The notes under the pieces were generated by a model. The model did not search any database, had not been told where the DNA came from, and worked only from the letters and a program-made list of their open reading frames with translations. DNA of 64,000 nucleotides from Candidatus Bipolaricaulis sibiricus. Its GTDB lineage: Bacteria > Bipolaricaulota > Bipolaricaulia > Bipolaricaulales > Bipolaricaulaceae. The DNA lies in assembly GCA_004102645.1 (NCBI GenBank), contig CP034928.1, positions 1,106,153 to 1,170,152 on the forward strand, given 5' to 3'. The position numbers and the translations under genes are program-made. How positions within the stretch are numbered: position 1 is the stretch's first letter; each line of letters starts with the position of its first letter. This document shows, in pieces, positions 37,959 to 47,977 of this stretch.

Positions 37959-39145
37959 TGGCGTTCGTTGTCCTCGGCGGAGGACTGGCTGGAGTCACCG
38001 CAGCCAGGACCCTGCGGTCGCTCGATGGCGCGACGGCAATCACCATCGTCGAGGCTGAGCCCACCCCCTACTATCTGCGCCCTGGCCTGATCGAGGTCCT
38101 TGCAGGGCGCAAGACCCTCTCCGAGATCACCCCGTTTCCCCGGGCGTGGTTTGAACACCGGAGGATCGCCTACCGATCGGGGACGCCGGCGGTGGCGCTC
38201 CAGCCGGCCGCGCACCGGGTGCAGCTCGCGTCTGGCGAGGTCCTCACCTACGAACGGCTGTTGCTCGCTTGTGGGGCGGAGGCCGTTCAGCCCGATCTCC
38301 CTGGGGTGAGCGTGGGAGGCGTGTTCACCCTGCGTTCGGCGGCAGACGTCGAGCGGATTCGGACGCGTGCTGAGACCGTATCGGCTGCGGCGGTGATCGG
38401 GGGAGGATGGCTGGGGATCGAGGTCGCCCGCGCCCTCCACGATCTCGGCCTGGCGGTGGTTCTCCTCGAGCGGGGACCGTGGCTCCTCAACCGCCAGCTC
38501 GATGCCGGTGCGGCCCGCGTACTTCAGGAGATCCTCGTCGCTCAAGGGATCGGGGTCCGCGTCGGCGCGGCGTGCCAGACGATCGTGGGCTCCACAGAAG
38601 TCGAGGCGGTCCGCCTTGCCGATGGCGAGGAGATCGCAGCCGGGTTGGTCGTGATCTCCGCCGGGATCCGGCCCCGGGTCGGGCTGGCACTGGCCGCAGG
38701 CCTCCGCACGGGCCAGGGGGTGATCGTGGACGATCACCTCGCGACCTCCGACCCCGAGATCTTCGCCGCGGGCGACGTCGCGGAGTGGCGTGGCCGCATC
38801 TACGGGATCATCCCCGCGGCCCGCGAGCAAGGCGAACTGGCCGCCCGCAACATGGTCGAGCCGGGTCGCGCCACGTACTCCGGCACCTCGCCCACGAACA
38901 AGCTCAAGGTGGCGGGGGTGGACCTGCTCTGCCTGGGAAACACCCAGCCCCGGGGGGGGTCGCTTCGCGAGATGCGCCATGCCGACCCAAGCTCGGGCCG
39001 CTATGTGAAGTTCGTCCTGGGCGGAGATGGCGAGCTGGCCGGTGCGATTCTCCTCGGCGCCCCAGAGCTCGCCGGTCCAATCGAAGAGCTGGCACAGGCC
39101 GGCGTGCCCGCCGAAGACGACCTCCAACGCCTCCTCGCATCCTAG
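37958..39145 (+). CDS. NAD(P)H:rubredoxin oxidoreductase-like FAD-dependent oxidoreductase
   Basis: GGGLAG, VIGGGWLGIE and FAAGDVAE. TAATG overlap with rubredoxin. Confidence 0.88.
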   Translation: MAFVVLGGGLAGVTAARTLRSLDGATAITIVEAEPTPYYLRPGLIEVLAGRKTLSEITPFPRAWFEHRRIAYRSGTPAVALQPAAHRVQLASGEVLTYERLLLACGAEAVQPDLPGVSVGGVFTLRSAADVERIRTRAETVSAAAVIGGGWLGIEVARALHDLGLAVVLLERGPWLLNRQLDAGAARVLQEILVAQGIGVRVGAACQTIVGSTEVEAVRLADGEEIAAGLVVISAGIRPRVGLALAAGLRTGQGVIVDDHLATSDPEIFAAGDVAEWRGRIYGIIPAAREQGELAARNMVEPGRATYSGTSPTNKLKVAGVDLLCLGNTQPRGGSLREMRHADPSSGRYVKFVLGGDGELAGAILLGAPELAGPIEELAQAGVPAEDDLQRLLAS

Positions 39146-39216
39146 CCGGCGATCCGCACAGACCGACCGCTCGCTCCGCAGCGCACCCTGGCCCTCCCCC
39201 TCCCCGCAGACCCGAT

Positions 39217-39744
39217 CTACGCGAGGGAGTGCCCGAGATGGACCATGCGTGTTGCCTCGCCGGCCGTCGCTCCCGTCCCGATCGCCGCGATCAGGCCGTC
39301 GAGGTCAACCACCCCCCGCCCGGCGAGGAACCCCAGGGCGAGGAGGGGGGCCGCCCGGCCGGGATCCCCCGAGGCGCTCATCTCGGCGGTCCGGATGAGG
39401 GGTCGGACCTCCGCCCGCACACCGTCCGGGACGTCGCGGAGCTCGATCTCCCCATCGAGGACGAGGAGCGCCCCCGGCGCGAGCCGCGGGAGGACCTCCG
39501 CCACGGCGGTGCGGTGCAGGACCACGGCCACGTCAGCCGTCTCGAGGTACGGGCAGCGGATCGGGCCCTCCGCGACCACGACCTCGGAGTGGACCGCGGT
39601 CCCCATCACCTCCGCCCCGTAGGCGTGGCGCAGCGCGACGTGCTTTCCCTGGCCAAACCACGCCCGGGCGAGGAGCCGACCGGCGAACACGATCCCCTGG
39701 CCCCCGACCCCGGAGATGAGGACGCCCTTCTCAGCCCCGTTCAT
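39217..39744 (-). CDS. 2-oxoacid:ferredoxin oxidoreductase gamma subunit
   Basis: ISGVGGQGIV...YGAEVMG...SEVV. Confidence 0.9.
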   Translation of the reverse strand: MNGAEKGVLISGVGGQGIVFAGRLLARAWFGQGKHVALRHAYGAEVMGTAVHSEVVVAEGPIRCPYLETADVAVVLHRTAVAEVLPRLAPGALLVLDGEIELRDVPDGVRAEVRPLIRTAEMSASGDPGRAAPLLALGFLAGRGVVDLDGLIAAIGTGATAGEATRMVHLGHSLA

Positions 39745-40549
39745 CCCGTCCCCCCTTCGGGCGAAGCCCGGCCAGGGTCTCCACCAGCCCGGGCCGGTCC
39801 CGGTTCGTGTACTCGCCGACGGTGAACCGGTCCCCGGTCGCGTCTCGGTCGGCCTCCCCGAGGGGGACGCTCCACTCCTTGAGCCAGTTCAGGAACACGG
39901 CGGGCTCCATCTTGAGCCGCCCCCCGACCCGCGCCGGACACTGGGACAGGGCCTCCACGAACCGGAACCCCGTCTTCCCGAGCGCCGTGTGAAGCGCTTC
40001 CTCGAGCCGACGAGGGTGGGCGACCGTCCACCGCGCGGCGTAGTTCGCCCCGGCGGCGGCGACCACGGCAGCGGCGTCCATCGGCGCCTCCGGGTTCCCG
40101 TAGGGAGTGGTCGAGGTGGGGAGGCCGTGGGGCGTGGTCGGGCCGACCTGGCCCCCCGTCATCCCGTAGACAAGGTTGTTGACCATCACGACGACGATGT
40201 CCGCGTTGCGGCGCGCGGCGTGAACGAGGTGGTTCCCCCCGATCCCGGCGATGTCGCCGTCCCCACCGACGACGACCACGTTCAGGTCAGGGCGGCGCAG
40301 CTTGACCCCGATCGCGGTGGGGATCGCCCGTCCGTGGGCCACGTGGAGGCTGTCCGCCCGGAGGTGGGGGCTCGGGATCCACGCCGCGCACCCGATCCCG
40401 CTCACGAACGCGAACTTCCGGAGGTCGGCGTGCCCAGCGCGAGCGATCGCGCGGACGAGCGCGCCGAGGACCAACCCGTTCCCGCACCCCGGGCAGAACG
40501 GACCTGGCAAGACCTCCTCGCGGAGGTAGGCGTGCAGGGGGTGGTTCAC
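39731..40549 (-). CDS. 2-oxoacid:ferredoxin oxidoreductase beta subunit
   Basis: FCPGCG, VSGIGC, HGRA, GGDGD...IGGNH and NNLVYGMTGGQ (TPP-binding). Confidence 0.95.
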   Translation of the reverse strand: MNHPLHAYLREEVLPGPFCPGCGNGLVLGALVRAIARAGHADLRKFAFVSGIGCAAWIPSPHLRADSLHVAHGRAIPTAIGVKLRRPDLNVVVVGGDGDIAGIGGNHLVHAARRNADIVVVMVNNLVYGMTGGQVGPTTPHGLPTSTTPYGNPEAPMDAAAVVAAAGANYAARWTVAHPRRLEEALHTALGKTGFRFVEALSQCPARVGGRLKMEPAVFLNWLKEWSVPLGEADRDATGDRFTVGEYTNRDRPGLVETLAGLRPKGGRDERG

Positions 40550-41676
40550 GGCATCACCTCCCGCACGCGAGCCGCGATCTCCGACGGGAAGAGGGGGATC
40601 CCGCCCCCAACCTTGGACAGCCCGATCACCGGGCACGCGCCGGCCGCGATCCGCTCCACGTCGAGGACGAGCTGGCCCAGCGACAGCTCGGGGACGACGA
40701 TCGCCCGCACCCGCTCCGCCAGCCGGCGGATCGGCTCCTCGGGAAGCGGCCACAGGGTCTTCGGGACGACCACGCCCAGCCGGATCCCCTGCGCAGCGAC
40801 GAGCTCCCGTGCCGCCAGGGCCGCCCGGGCCACCGAGCCGTAGGCCACCACGCCCACCTCGGCATCGTCGGTCCCGTGCTCCTCGATCACGGCAAGCTCG
40901 TCGGCGTTCAGCCGCACCTTGTCCACAAGCCGCGTCGCGAGCGCCCGGTGGACGTCCGGGTCCGCGGTGAACCGCACCCCCCGGCCATCGTGGGTCGACC
41001 CGGTCATCAAGACCCCGTGGCCCTCCCCGAGGGCTGGCATCGGGGGGGTGACCCGGGGGTCCGGGGAGGCGAACGGCAGCCCCTCCCCCGTGTACCGTGG
41101 CCGCTCAACCCGTTCCACCGTCTCCGGCACGGCCACTCCTTCCCAGGTGTGGGCGACGAGCTCGTCCGAGAGGAGGACCACCGGCACCCGCAGCTTCTCC
41201 GCCGTGTTCACCGCCCGCACCGCGAGGTCGAAGCAGTCCTGGGCCGACGTCGGCGCGTACACGACGAGGTGCTGGTCGCCGTGCCGACCCCACCGCGCCT
41301 GCATGAGGTCCCCCTGGCCGGCCTTCGACGCCTGCCCCGTCCCGGGCCCGAGCCGCATCACGTCCACCACGACAAGCGGGGTCTCGGTCATGATCGCGAT
41401 CCCCAACCCCTCCTGCATCAGCGAGAACCCGGGGCCGCTCGTGGCGGTGAGGGGGCGGCCGCCGGCCCACGAGGCGCCGATGAGCATGAACACGCTGGCG
41501 ATTTCGTCTTCGGCCTGGAGGAACGTGCCCCCACGCTTGGGGAGCTCGCGGGCGAGGTGCTCCATGATCGCCGACGACGGGGTGATCGGGTACCCGGCGT
41601 AGAAGTCGACCCCCGCGGCGAGGGCCCCCTCGGCCACGGCGATGTTCCCCGACCACAGCTTGCGCGTTGCGCTCAC
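40546..41676 (-). CDS. 2-oxoacid:ferredoxin oxidoreductase alpha subunit (KorA-like)
   Basis: GNIAVAEG, YAGYPITPSS, QAEDEIA and TATSGPGFSLMQE. Confidence 0.95.
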   Translation of the reverse strand: MSATRKLWSGNIAVAEGALAAGVDFYAGYPITPSSAIMEHLARELPKRGGTFLQAEDEIASVFMLIGASWAGGRPLTATSGPGFSLMQEGLGIAIMTETPLVVVDVMRLGPGTGQASKAGQGDLMQARWGRHGDQHLVVYAPTSAQDCFDLAVRAVNTAEKLRVPVVLLSDELVAHTWEGVAVPETVERVERPRYTGEGLPFASPDPRVTPPMPALGEGHGVLMTGSTHDGRGVRFTADPDVHRALATRLVDKVRLNADELAVIEEHGTDDAEVGVVAYGSVARAALAARELVAAQGIRLGVVVPKTLWPLPEEPIRRLAERVRAIVVPELSLGQLVLDVERIAAGACPVIGLSKVGGGIPLFPSEIAARVREVMP

Positions 41677-41851
41677 GGTGGCCAAGGATAGCCGCTTCCC
41701 GCCGCTGGCGACAGAACGACGGGCCGACCCGCCCGAGGTCCCCCCGACGGAATCACGGGCCACAGATGACGCCTCACGGGCAGCAGTCCACGGACAACGG
41801 ACTCCGGACAACGTAGCAGGATCGCAGCCGCCGCCCCGCGCCCGCGGGCCT

Positions 41852-43360
41852 CTACAGGAGCCCTATGCGGACGGCGACGATCATCCCCACCCCGAGCGCG
41901 AACATCACGAGCCCAGTGATGAAGTGGAACTTCCCCGCCTTCGCCTTCCGCCACCGCTCCGCGCGGGCCGTGGTCGTGAACCCGAAGTGCACCGCGAGCG
42001 CCAGGACGATGAGCGGCACGACGAACACGAAGTTGTAGAGGAGAAGCAACAGCGCCCCCTCCAGCCGCTCCGTGGTCTGGGAGAGAAGAGTGAGGATCGC
42101 CAGGTACGGACCCGACGTGCACGGGGCGAGGAACAGCGACTCCAAGGCCCCGATCACGAACGCCCCGGGGACGCTGGCCACGGACTCCGCGAGCTTCTTC
42201 GCCCGCGGCTTCCACCGCTCGGGGATCTCGATCGAGAACCAGCGACCGTACCACAGGAGGTCCTTCATCTGGAACAGCCCGATCAGGATCGCCAGCGAGG
42301 ACACCGTGTACAGGAACGGAACACGGAACCCCCGCGCCCCCACCGTGACCCCGAGCAGGGTGTACACCGCGAATCCCATCGTGAAGTAGGTCACGTACGT
42401 CCCGGCGATGAACGCGAGCCCCGCCCAGAGCACCTTCATCCGCTTTCCGAGGACGATCAGCGTCCCCATGAGAAGGAGCATGAGGGCGAAGTCGCACGGG
42501 TTGAGCGAATCCAGGAGCGCAGCCCCGATCACGGCCCACAGGGTGAGCTGTTCCCGCAACCGAAGGCGCTCGAGGGGTGAGGCGGCCTCGTCTGCAACCG
42601 CGCGGGCAACGAGAGCATCGACCGTGCGCAGGTCGTCCTCGCCGAACGCGAACGGCCGGGGCGCCTCGCGGCGCACGTAGAGCGTGTCGCCCACCAAGGC
42701 GAGATCACCGACGAACAGGGCCGGCGGGTCCCCAGGAGCGTCCATCATCCGCTGCAGGCGCCCCACGGTGCGCCGGTCGTCGTCACGCGCCGGGTCGAGC
42801 CGGACCAGCCCAAGACCGGGATGCTGCGCCAGGAGGTCCTCCACCAGCCGCTCGTACGACCCGCTGGCGGGATCGGACGGGTCCAGGAACGCCACGAGGT
42901 CCGTCTTCGTCGCGGGCAGGCGGTCGTAGGGAGAGGCCGTGGGGACCTGGACAGCTCGGGCGACAGCCTCATCCAGGGCCAGCTCGAGGGCCAGACCCGT
43001 CAGGCGCACCGGCGACTCGCGCAGGCCGTAGAACGTGCTTCCGATCATCGCCACATCCCCGACGAACACCATCGGCACCGGGCCGAGCTCCGCACCGTAC
43101 GCGGTGAGCAGCCGCTGGACGAGGCGACGTCCCTCCGAGGAGTGGACGTCGTACCGATCGATGCGCAGCGTCGGGTAGAGCGCGGCGAGGTCCTGGAGCA
43201 GGGCGTCGACCCGCGCGCAGTCCGTACAGCCGAGCTCGTAGACGTAGACGAGCTCGACCTGCGGGGGAAGGACTTCCGCCAGCGCCGATGCGCCAGCCGC
43301 GATCGCCAGCAGCCCGAGCGCCAACCCTGCTGCCCGCCCGCGCGTTCGTGTGGTGTTCAT
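41852..43360 (-). CDS. CcdA/DsbD-like membrane protein with two N-terminal thioredoxin-like repeats
   Basis: Signal peptide; GCTDC (CxxC); a second repeat without Cys; TM domain with SLNPC and APCTSGPY. Confidence 0.85.
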   Translation of the reverse strand: MNTTRTRGRAAGLALGLLAIAAGASALAEVLPPQVELVYVYELGCTDCARVDALLQDLAALYPTLRIDRYDVHSSEGRRLVQRLLTAYGAELGPVPMVFVGDVAMIGSTFYGLRESPVRLTGLALELALDEAVARAVQVPTASPYDRLPATKTDLVAFLDPSDPASGSYERLVEDLLAQHPGLGLVRLDPARDDDRRTVGRLQRMMDAPGDPPALFVGDLALVGDTLYVRREAPRPFAFGEDDLRTVDALVARAVADEAASPLERLRLREQLTLWAVIGAALLDSLNPCDFALMLLLMGTLIVLGKRMKVLWAGLAFIAGTYVTYFTMGFAVYTLLGVTVGARGFRVPFLYTVSSLAILIGLFQMKDLLWYGRWFSIEIPERWKPRAKKLAESVASVPGAFVIGALESLFLAPCTSGPYLAILTLLSQTTERLEGALLLLLYNFVFVVPLIVLALAVHFGFTTTARAERWRKAKAGKFHFITGLVMFALGVGMIVAVRIGLL

Positions 43361-43685
43361 GAGCGCACCGCCTTCACCTTAGCCGGGGACTCCGGCTCGC
43401 GCAACGGCGCGAACCACACCGAGCCAGTCTTGGAGAGGATCATCCCACGTGGTCCACGGGCACCGTGCACGCGAAGGCGCGCACCGACCTTGGCCACGGC
43501 ACGTGCGGTGAGGAGCAAAGGACGGGTGACGGGTCAAGGGCCAATCAGGCCGATCCACCCTCGTTGTCCCCTGTCCCCGCGGGGGACGAGACGCCAGGGC
43601 AACGGGCGTTCACTGGCCCTCATCCCCAACAAACCTGCCCTGCACGGATCACGGACCGCAAGGGGCGTACAATGGCGGCCGAGCC

Positions 43686-44852
43686 ATGGAAAAGGGCGGG
43701 AGCCTCCTCATCCGCAACGCGCGGCTCGTGACCCCGGCCGGGGTGCGTGCGGGGGACTGCCTCATCCAAGACGGACGGATCGCAGCCGTGGGAGAGGTGA
43801 AGAACCCCGGGCGCGCCCCGGACCTGGATGCCGAAGGGCGGTACCTCGCGCCGGGGTTCCTCGACCTCCACGTCCACGGCGGGGCAGGGGCCGACTTCAT
43901 GGACGGGGACCCCGACGCCGCGCGGGCGGTCGCACTCTTTCACGCCCAGCACGGGACGACCGGCCTCCTCGCTACGATCGTCCCGGGCCCCTTGGACCGG
44001 ATGCGGAGGGCGATGGCGGCCGCGGCGGGAGTCCCGGGGATTCTGGGGATCCACCTCGAAGGGCCGTTCCTGAACCCCGAGAAAGCCGGCGCGCTTGATC
44101 CAGGGTGGTTCCTCCCGCCAGGCCGGGACGCGTTCCGAGAGCTCGTCGCCGGGTTCGAGCACGAGATCAAGGTCGTCACGTTCGCCCCCGAGCTTCCCGG
44201 CGCGCTCGACCTCGTCGCCGAGATCGAGGCGATCGGCGCCGTCCCCGCGATCGGCCACACCGCGGCCACGCACCAGGGAGCGGAACAGGCCTTCCAGCGC
44301 GGGGCGCGGCACGTAACCCACCTCGGGAACGCGATGACCGGGCTCCACCACCGCGCCCCCGGCTGCGTCGGCGCGGCGCTCCTTTCCGCCGCGTCGGTCG
44401 AACTCGTCTGCGACGGGGCCCACCTGCACCCCGTGTTCGTCCGCCTCGTGGTCGAGTTCCTCCGCGGGCGGGGGGAGCTCCACCGGCTGTGTCTGGTGAC
44501 CGATGCTACCGCCGCGGCGGGGATGCCCGACGGCAACTACCGCCTGGGCGATCGCGAGGTCTGCCTGGAGCGCGGGGCAGTCCGCCTCGCCGACGGTACC
44601 CTCGCCGGCTCCGCCCTGACGCTGGACCAAGCCTTACGGAACGCGACCCGGTCTGCCAACTTGCCCCTGGAAGACGCCCTGGTCCTCGTCACCGCAAGTC
44701 CGGCGCAAGTCTTGGGGCTGGACGGCGTAATCGGGGCTCTCGCTGTGGGCGCTAGGGCTGACCTGGTCTTCCTCGACCCTGACCTCACAGTGTTGACCAC
44801 TTTCCAGAGCGGTGAGATCGCCGCTACTGGCAGACAGATCAAGAGCAGATAG
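43686..44852 (+). CDS. nagA: N-acetylglucosamine-6-phosphate deacetylase
   Basis: PGFLDLHVHG, GIHLEGPF, GHTAA, THLGNAM, LVTDA and LAGS. Confidence 0.95.
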   Translation: MEKGGSLLIRNARLVTPAGVRAGDCLIQDGRIAAVGEVKNPGRAPDLDAEGRYLAPGFLDLHVHGGAGADFMDGDPDAARAVALFHAQHGTTGLLATIVPGPLDRMRRAMAAAAGVPGILGIHLEGPFLNPEKAGALDPGWFLPPGRDAFRELVAGFEHEIKVVTFAPELPGALDLVAEIEAIGAVPAIGHTAATHQGAEQAFQRGARHVTHLGNAMTGLHHRAPGCVGAALLSAASVELVCDGAHLHPVFVRLVVEFLRGRGELHRLCLVTDATAAAGMPDGNYRLGDREVCLERGAVRLADGTLAGSALTLDQALRNATRSANLPLEDALVLVTASPAQVLGLDGVIGALAVGARADLVFLDPDLTVLTTFQSGEIAATGRQIKSR

Positions 44853-45125
44853 GAGCATCGAGCACGGTTGGCTGGCGGACAACGGAACCATGCCAGTTCA
44901 CCTACTATGCTGCAGCCGCCGGGGTCAGATCTTGTTCCGTGCACGCTTGTTCCAAGGCGCAGAGACGCGGTATTCGCCAAGAAGTCTCGTGGCGGGTGAG
45001 CGGTGCGCATCCGTCACCCCAGCGAGAGCCGGGATCCAGAACTCAATCCCAAGACCGGTTACTTCCACGCCTCGTGTGGTACACAGAGTGCAGCGATAGG
45101 CGGATTCCTGAGGAGCAGGCTCTCT

Positions 45126-47840
45126 CTAGATTTCCGCCCAGTCGCGGCCGGTCTTGACCTCGACCGCGAGGGGCACACGAAGGTCAGCCACGCGCTCCAT
45201 GATCGCCTTGACCTCGCGCGCCGCTCGGTCGGCGTCCTGTTCGTCGGCCTCGAACACGAGCTCGTCGTGGATCTGGAGGATCATCTCCGCCGGAAGCTCG
45301 CCCGCCCGCCACGCCGCGTGAAGACGGAGCATGGCGAGCTTGATGAGGTCCGCCGCCGACCCCTGAATCGGGGTGTTGATCGCGTTCCGCTCCTCGTACC
45401 CGCCCGCACCGGCCAGCGGGAGCGGCTCCCCCTTGAGGCTCACCGGCCGCCGCCGGCCGAGGAGGGTCCGCGCGTACCCCGTCTTCCGCGCCTCGGCGAC
45501 GAGCTGCTCGAGAAACGGGCCGACCTTGGGGTAGGCCGCGAAGAACCGGTCGATGTGCCCCTTCGCCTCGGCCTGGGGGATCCCGAGGTCGCGCGCGAGG
45601 CCGTACGGGCTGATCCCGTACAGGATCCCGAAGTTGACCCGTTTGGCGATCGTCCGCATCCTCCCGTCCACCTGCTCCGGCGGGACGTCGAACAGGGTCG
45701 CCGCCGTGCGTCGGTGGAGGTCCTCGCCGCCCGCGAACGCCGCAATCAGGTTCTCGTCCCCAGAGAGGTGGGCGAGGACGCGAAGCTCGATCTGGGAGTA
45801 ATCGGCCCCGAGGAGAACCCGGCCCGGAGGCGCGACAAACGCCCGCCGGATGTCCACCCCCGCCTCGTGGGCGGCGGGGATGTTCTGGAGGTTTGGCTCG
45901 GAGGACGACAGGCGGCCGGTGGCGGTCCCGGTCTGGTTCCACGAGGTGTGGACCCGCCCGGTGCGGGGATGGACGTACGCCGGCAGCTTCTCGATGTACG
46001 TGTTGCGGAGCTTCTCGAGCTCGCGGTACGCGGCGAGCTTGCCCGGGAACTCGTGGCGCCCAGCGAGCTCGCGGAGGACGAACGCGTCGGTGGCAGGCCC
46101 GGTCTTCCGCCTGCCGAGCACGGGAAGTTTCAGTTTCCCGTACAGGATCTCCCGCACCTGGGGGGTGGAGTTGGGGTTGAACGGCCCGCCCGCAAGGGCG
46201 AACAGCTCCTCGCGAAGCTGGGCGATGAGGATCTCGAGCTCCTTCCCTTGTTCGCGGAGGGCGTCCACGTCGAGGAGGACCCCCCGTCGTTCCATCGTCC
46301 GCAGCACCTCGATGAGCGGGAGCTCGACCTCGGTGAACAGCCTCGTCAGCCCTGCCGCGTCGAGCTGGGCGGTGAGGCCCGGGCGAAGCCGGCACACGAC
46401 CGCTGCATCCTCGCCGGCGTAGCGGGCGGCGCGGTCCACCGGCACCTCGGCGATCCCCTTCTCTCCACCGGTCGCGAGGAGCTCCTTGTAGGTCTGGACC
46501 CGGATCCCGAGCTCGGAGCGGGCGATCGCGTCCAGCCCGTGGGCCGGCGCGTCGGGGTAGAGGAGCCAGTGGGCGATCATCGCGTCGAACGCGACCCCGC
46601 GGACCTCGATCCCGTACGAGGCGAGGACCTGGAGGTCGTACTTCAGGTTCTGGCCGAGGACCCGTGGCCGCTCGCCTGCGAGGAGGGGCCGTAGCGCGTC
46701 GAGGACTTGCCCCACCGGGAGCTGGGCCGGGGCACCGGGGTAGGTGTGCCCCACCGGGATGTACCACGCCCGATCGGGTTCCACGGCGAGGGCGATCCCC
46801 ACGATCTCCGCCGTGAGGGGGTCCGTGCTTGTCGTCTCGAGGTCGAGCGCGAACTCCTCCGCCGCGCCCAGGGCGCGGATCACCGCCGCAAGCTCGTCCT
46901 TGGTCGTGACGACCGTGCACGGGCCCTCGGGCTCCCGCGGCCGGTCGAGGACCAGCTCAGCGAGCACCGTGCGGAACTCGAGGCCCTCGAGGACGGACCT
47001 CAATCGATCCGGGTCGAGGTCCCGTGGCGCGCAGTCGGCCACCGAAAGCGGGAGAGGCACCTTGCGCAGGGCCACAAGCTCGCGGGATAGGAGCGCGTCC
47101 TCGCGGTGGGCCGCGAGCGCATTCGCCACGCGCTTGTTCCGGATCCGATCCGTTGCCGCAAGTACGGCGTCGAGGGAGCCGTGCTCAGCGAGGAGCTCGC
47201 GGGCCGTCTTCTCGCCGATCCCCTTCACCCCGGGGACGTTGTCCGAGGCGTCCCCTTCCAGGGCAAGGAGGTCGCCAACCCGTTCGGGTGGCACACCGAA
47301 CTTCTCCTCGACACCGTCACGATCGAGAACGGTGAGCCGGTCCGCCAGCCCGCGGCCGGGGCGGAGGAGCTTGACCCGTTCCGACACAAGCTGGGCCATG
47401 TCCTTGTCCCCGGTGAAGAGGAGGACGGGGATCCCCGCCCGCTCCGCCTCCCGAGCCAGGGTGGCCATCACGTCGTCCGCCTCGTAGCCCGGGATGACGA
47501 GGGACGGGATCCCCAGCGCGTCCAGGACCTCCGGGACCCGGGGGATCTGCGCGACGAGCGGCTCGGGGATCGGCTTCCGCGTCGCCTTGTACCCCGCGTA
47601 CGCCTCGTGACGCACCGTGACCCCGCCAGCGTCGAGGGCCACCGCCACGTAGCGCGAGGGGTACTCGCGCAGGACCATGAGGAGGGTCCGCACGAACCCG
47701 TACAGCGCGCCCACCGGCTCCCCACGGGACGTGGTGAGGTCGGGGACGGCGAAGAACGACCGGTAGAGGGCAGAGTGGCCGTCCACAAGAAGGAGCCGCT
47801 CCGGAACCTCCGAGATCCCCAGCGCTTCGTGGATCGTCAC
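45126..47840 (-). CDS. polA: DNA polymerase I with 5'-3' and 3'-5' exonuclease domains
   Basis: LLVDG, YEADD, GIGEKTA; exo motifs DLETT, NLKYD, YAGED; pol motifs DYSQIELR, KRVNFGILYG, HDE. Confidence 0.98.
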   Translation of the reverse strand: MTIHEALGISEVPERLLLVDGHSALYRSFFAVPDLTTSRGEPVGALYGFVRTLLMVLREYPSRYVAVALDAGGVTVRHEAYAGYKATRKPIPEPLVAQIPRVPEVLDALGIPSLVIPGYEADDVMATLAREAERAGIPVLLFTGDKDMAQLVSERVKLLRPGRGLADRLTVLDRDGVEEKFGVPPERVGDLLALEGDASDNVPGVKGIGEKTARELLAEHGSLDAVLAATDRIRNKRVANALAAHREDALLSRELVALRKVPLPLSVADCAPRDLDPDRLRSVLEGLEFRTVLAELVLDRPREPEGPCTVVTTKDELAAVIRALGAAEEFALDLETTSTDPLTAEIVGIALAVEPDRAWYIPVGHTYPGAPAQLPVGQVLDALRPLLAGERPRVLGQNLKYDLQVLASYGIEVRGVAFDAMIAHWLLYPDAPAHGLDAIARSELGIRVQTYKELLATGGEKGIAEVPVDRAARYAGEDAAVVCRLRPGLTAQLDAAGLTRLFTEVELPLIEVLRTMERRGVLLDVDALREQGKELEILIAQLREELFALAGGPFNPNSTPQVREILYGKLKLPVLGRRKTGPATDAFVLRELAGRHEFPGKLAAYRELEKLRNTYIEKLPAYVHPRTGRVHTSWNQTGTATGRLSSSEPNLQNIPAAHEAGVDIRRAFVAPPGRVLLGADYSQIELRVLAHLSGDENLIAAFAGGEDLHRRTAATLFDVPPEQVDGRMRTIAKRVNFGILYGISPYGLARDLGIPQAEAKGHIDRFFAAYPKVGPFLEQLVAEARKTGYARTLLGRRRPVSLKGEPLPLAGAGGYEERNAINTPIQGSAADLIKLAMLRLHAAWRAGELPAEMILQIHDELVFEADEQDADRAAREVKAIMERVADLRVPLAVEVKTGRDWAEI

Positions 47841-47977
47841 GCTAGACCTGGAACAGGTCAACCCGTCTCACCGCCGAGCAACGCAGAGAACGCGGACGAG
47901 CCGGATCACTCTCCGATCCACGTTCCGGATCGGCCTCGATCCTGCTCCCGTCAACCCCCACGCGTCACCGGTCACGG

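Noticed and set aside
45002-45010. GGTGCGCAT, resembling the XerC arm of the E. coli dif site
   Set aside because: The downstream spacer and XerD arm (TTATGTTAAAT-like) are absent, so this is a chance 9-mer.
45003-46694. Long plus-strand ORF (563 aa) and similar long ORFs such as 10627..12435, 59841..61361, 47106..48668 and 4325..5818
   Set aside because: These are antisense or off-frame shadows of well-supported genes in high-GC DNA. They are Arg/Pro/Gly-rich and have no motifs.
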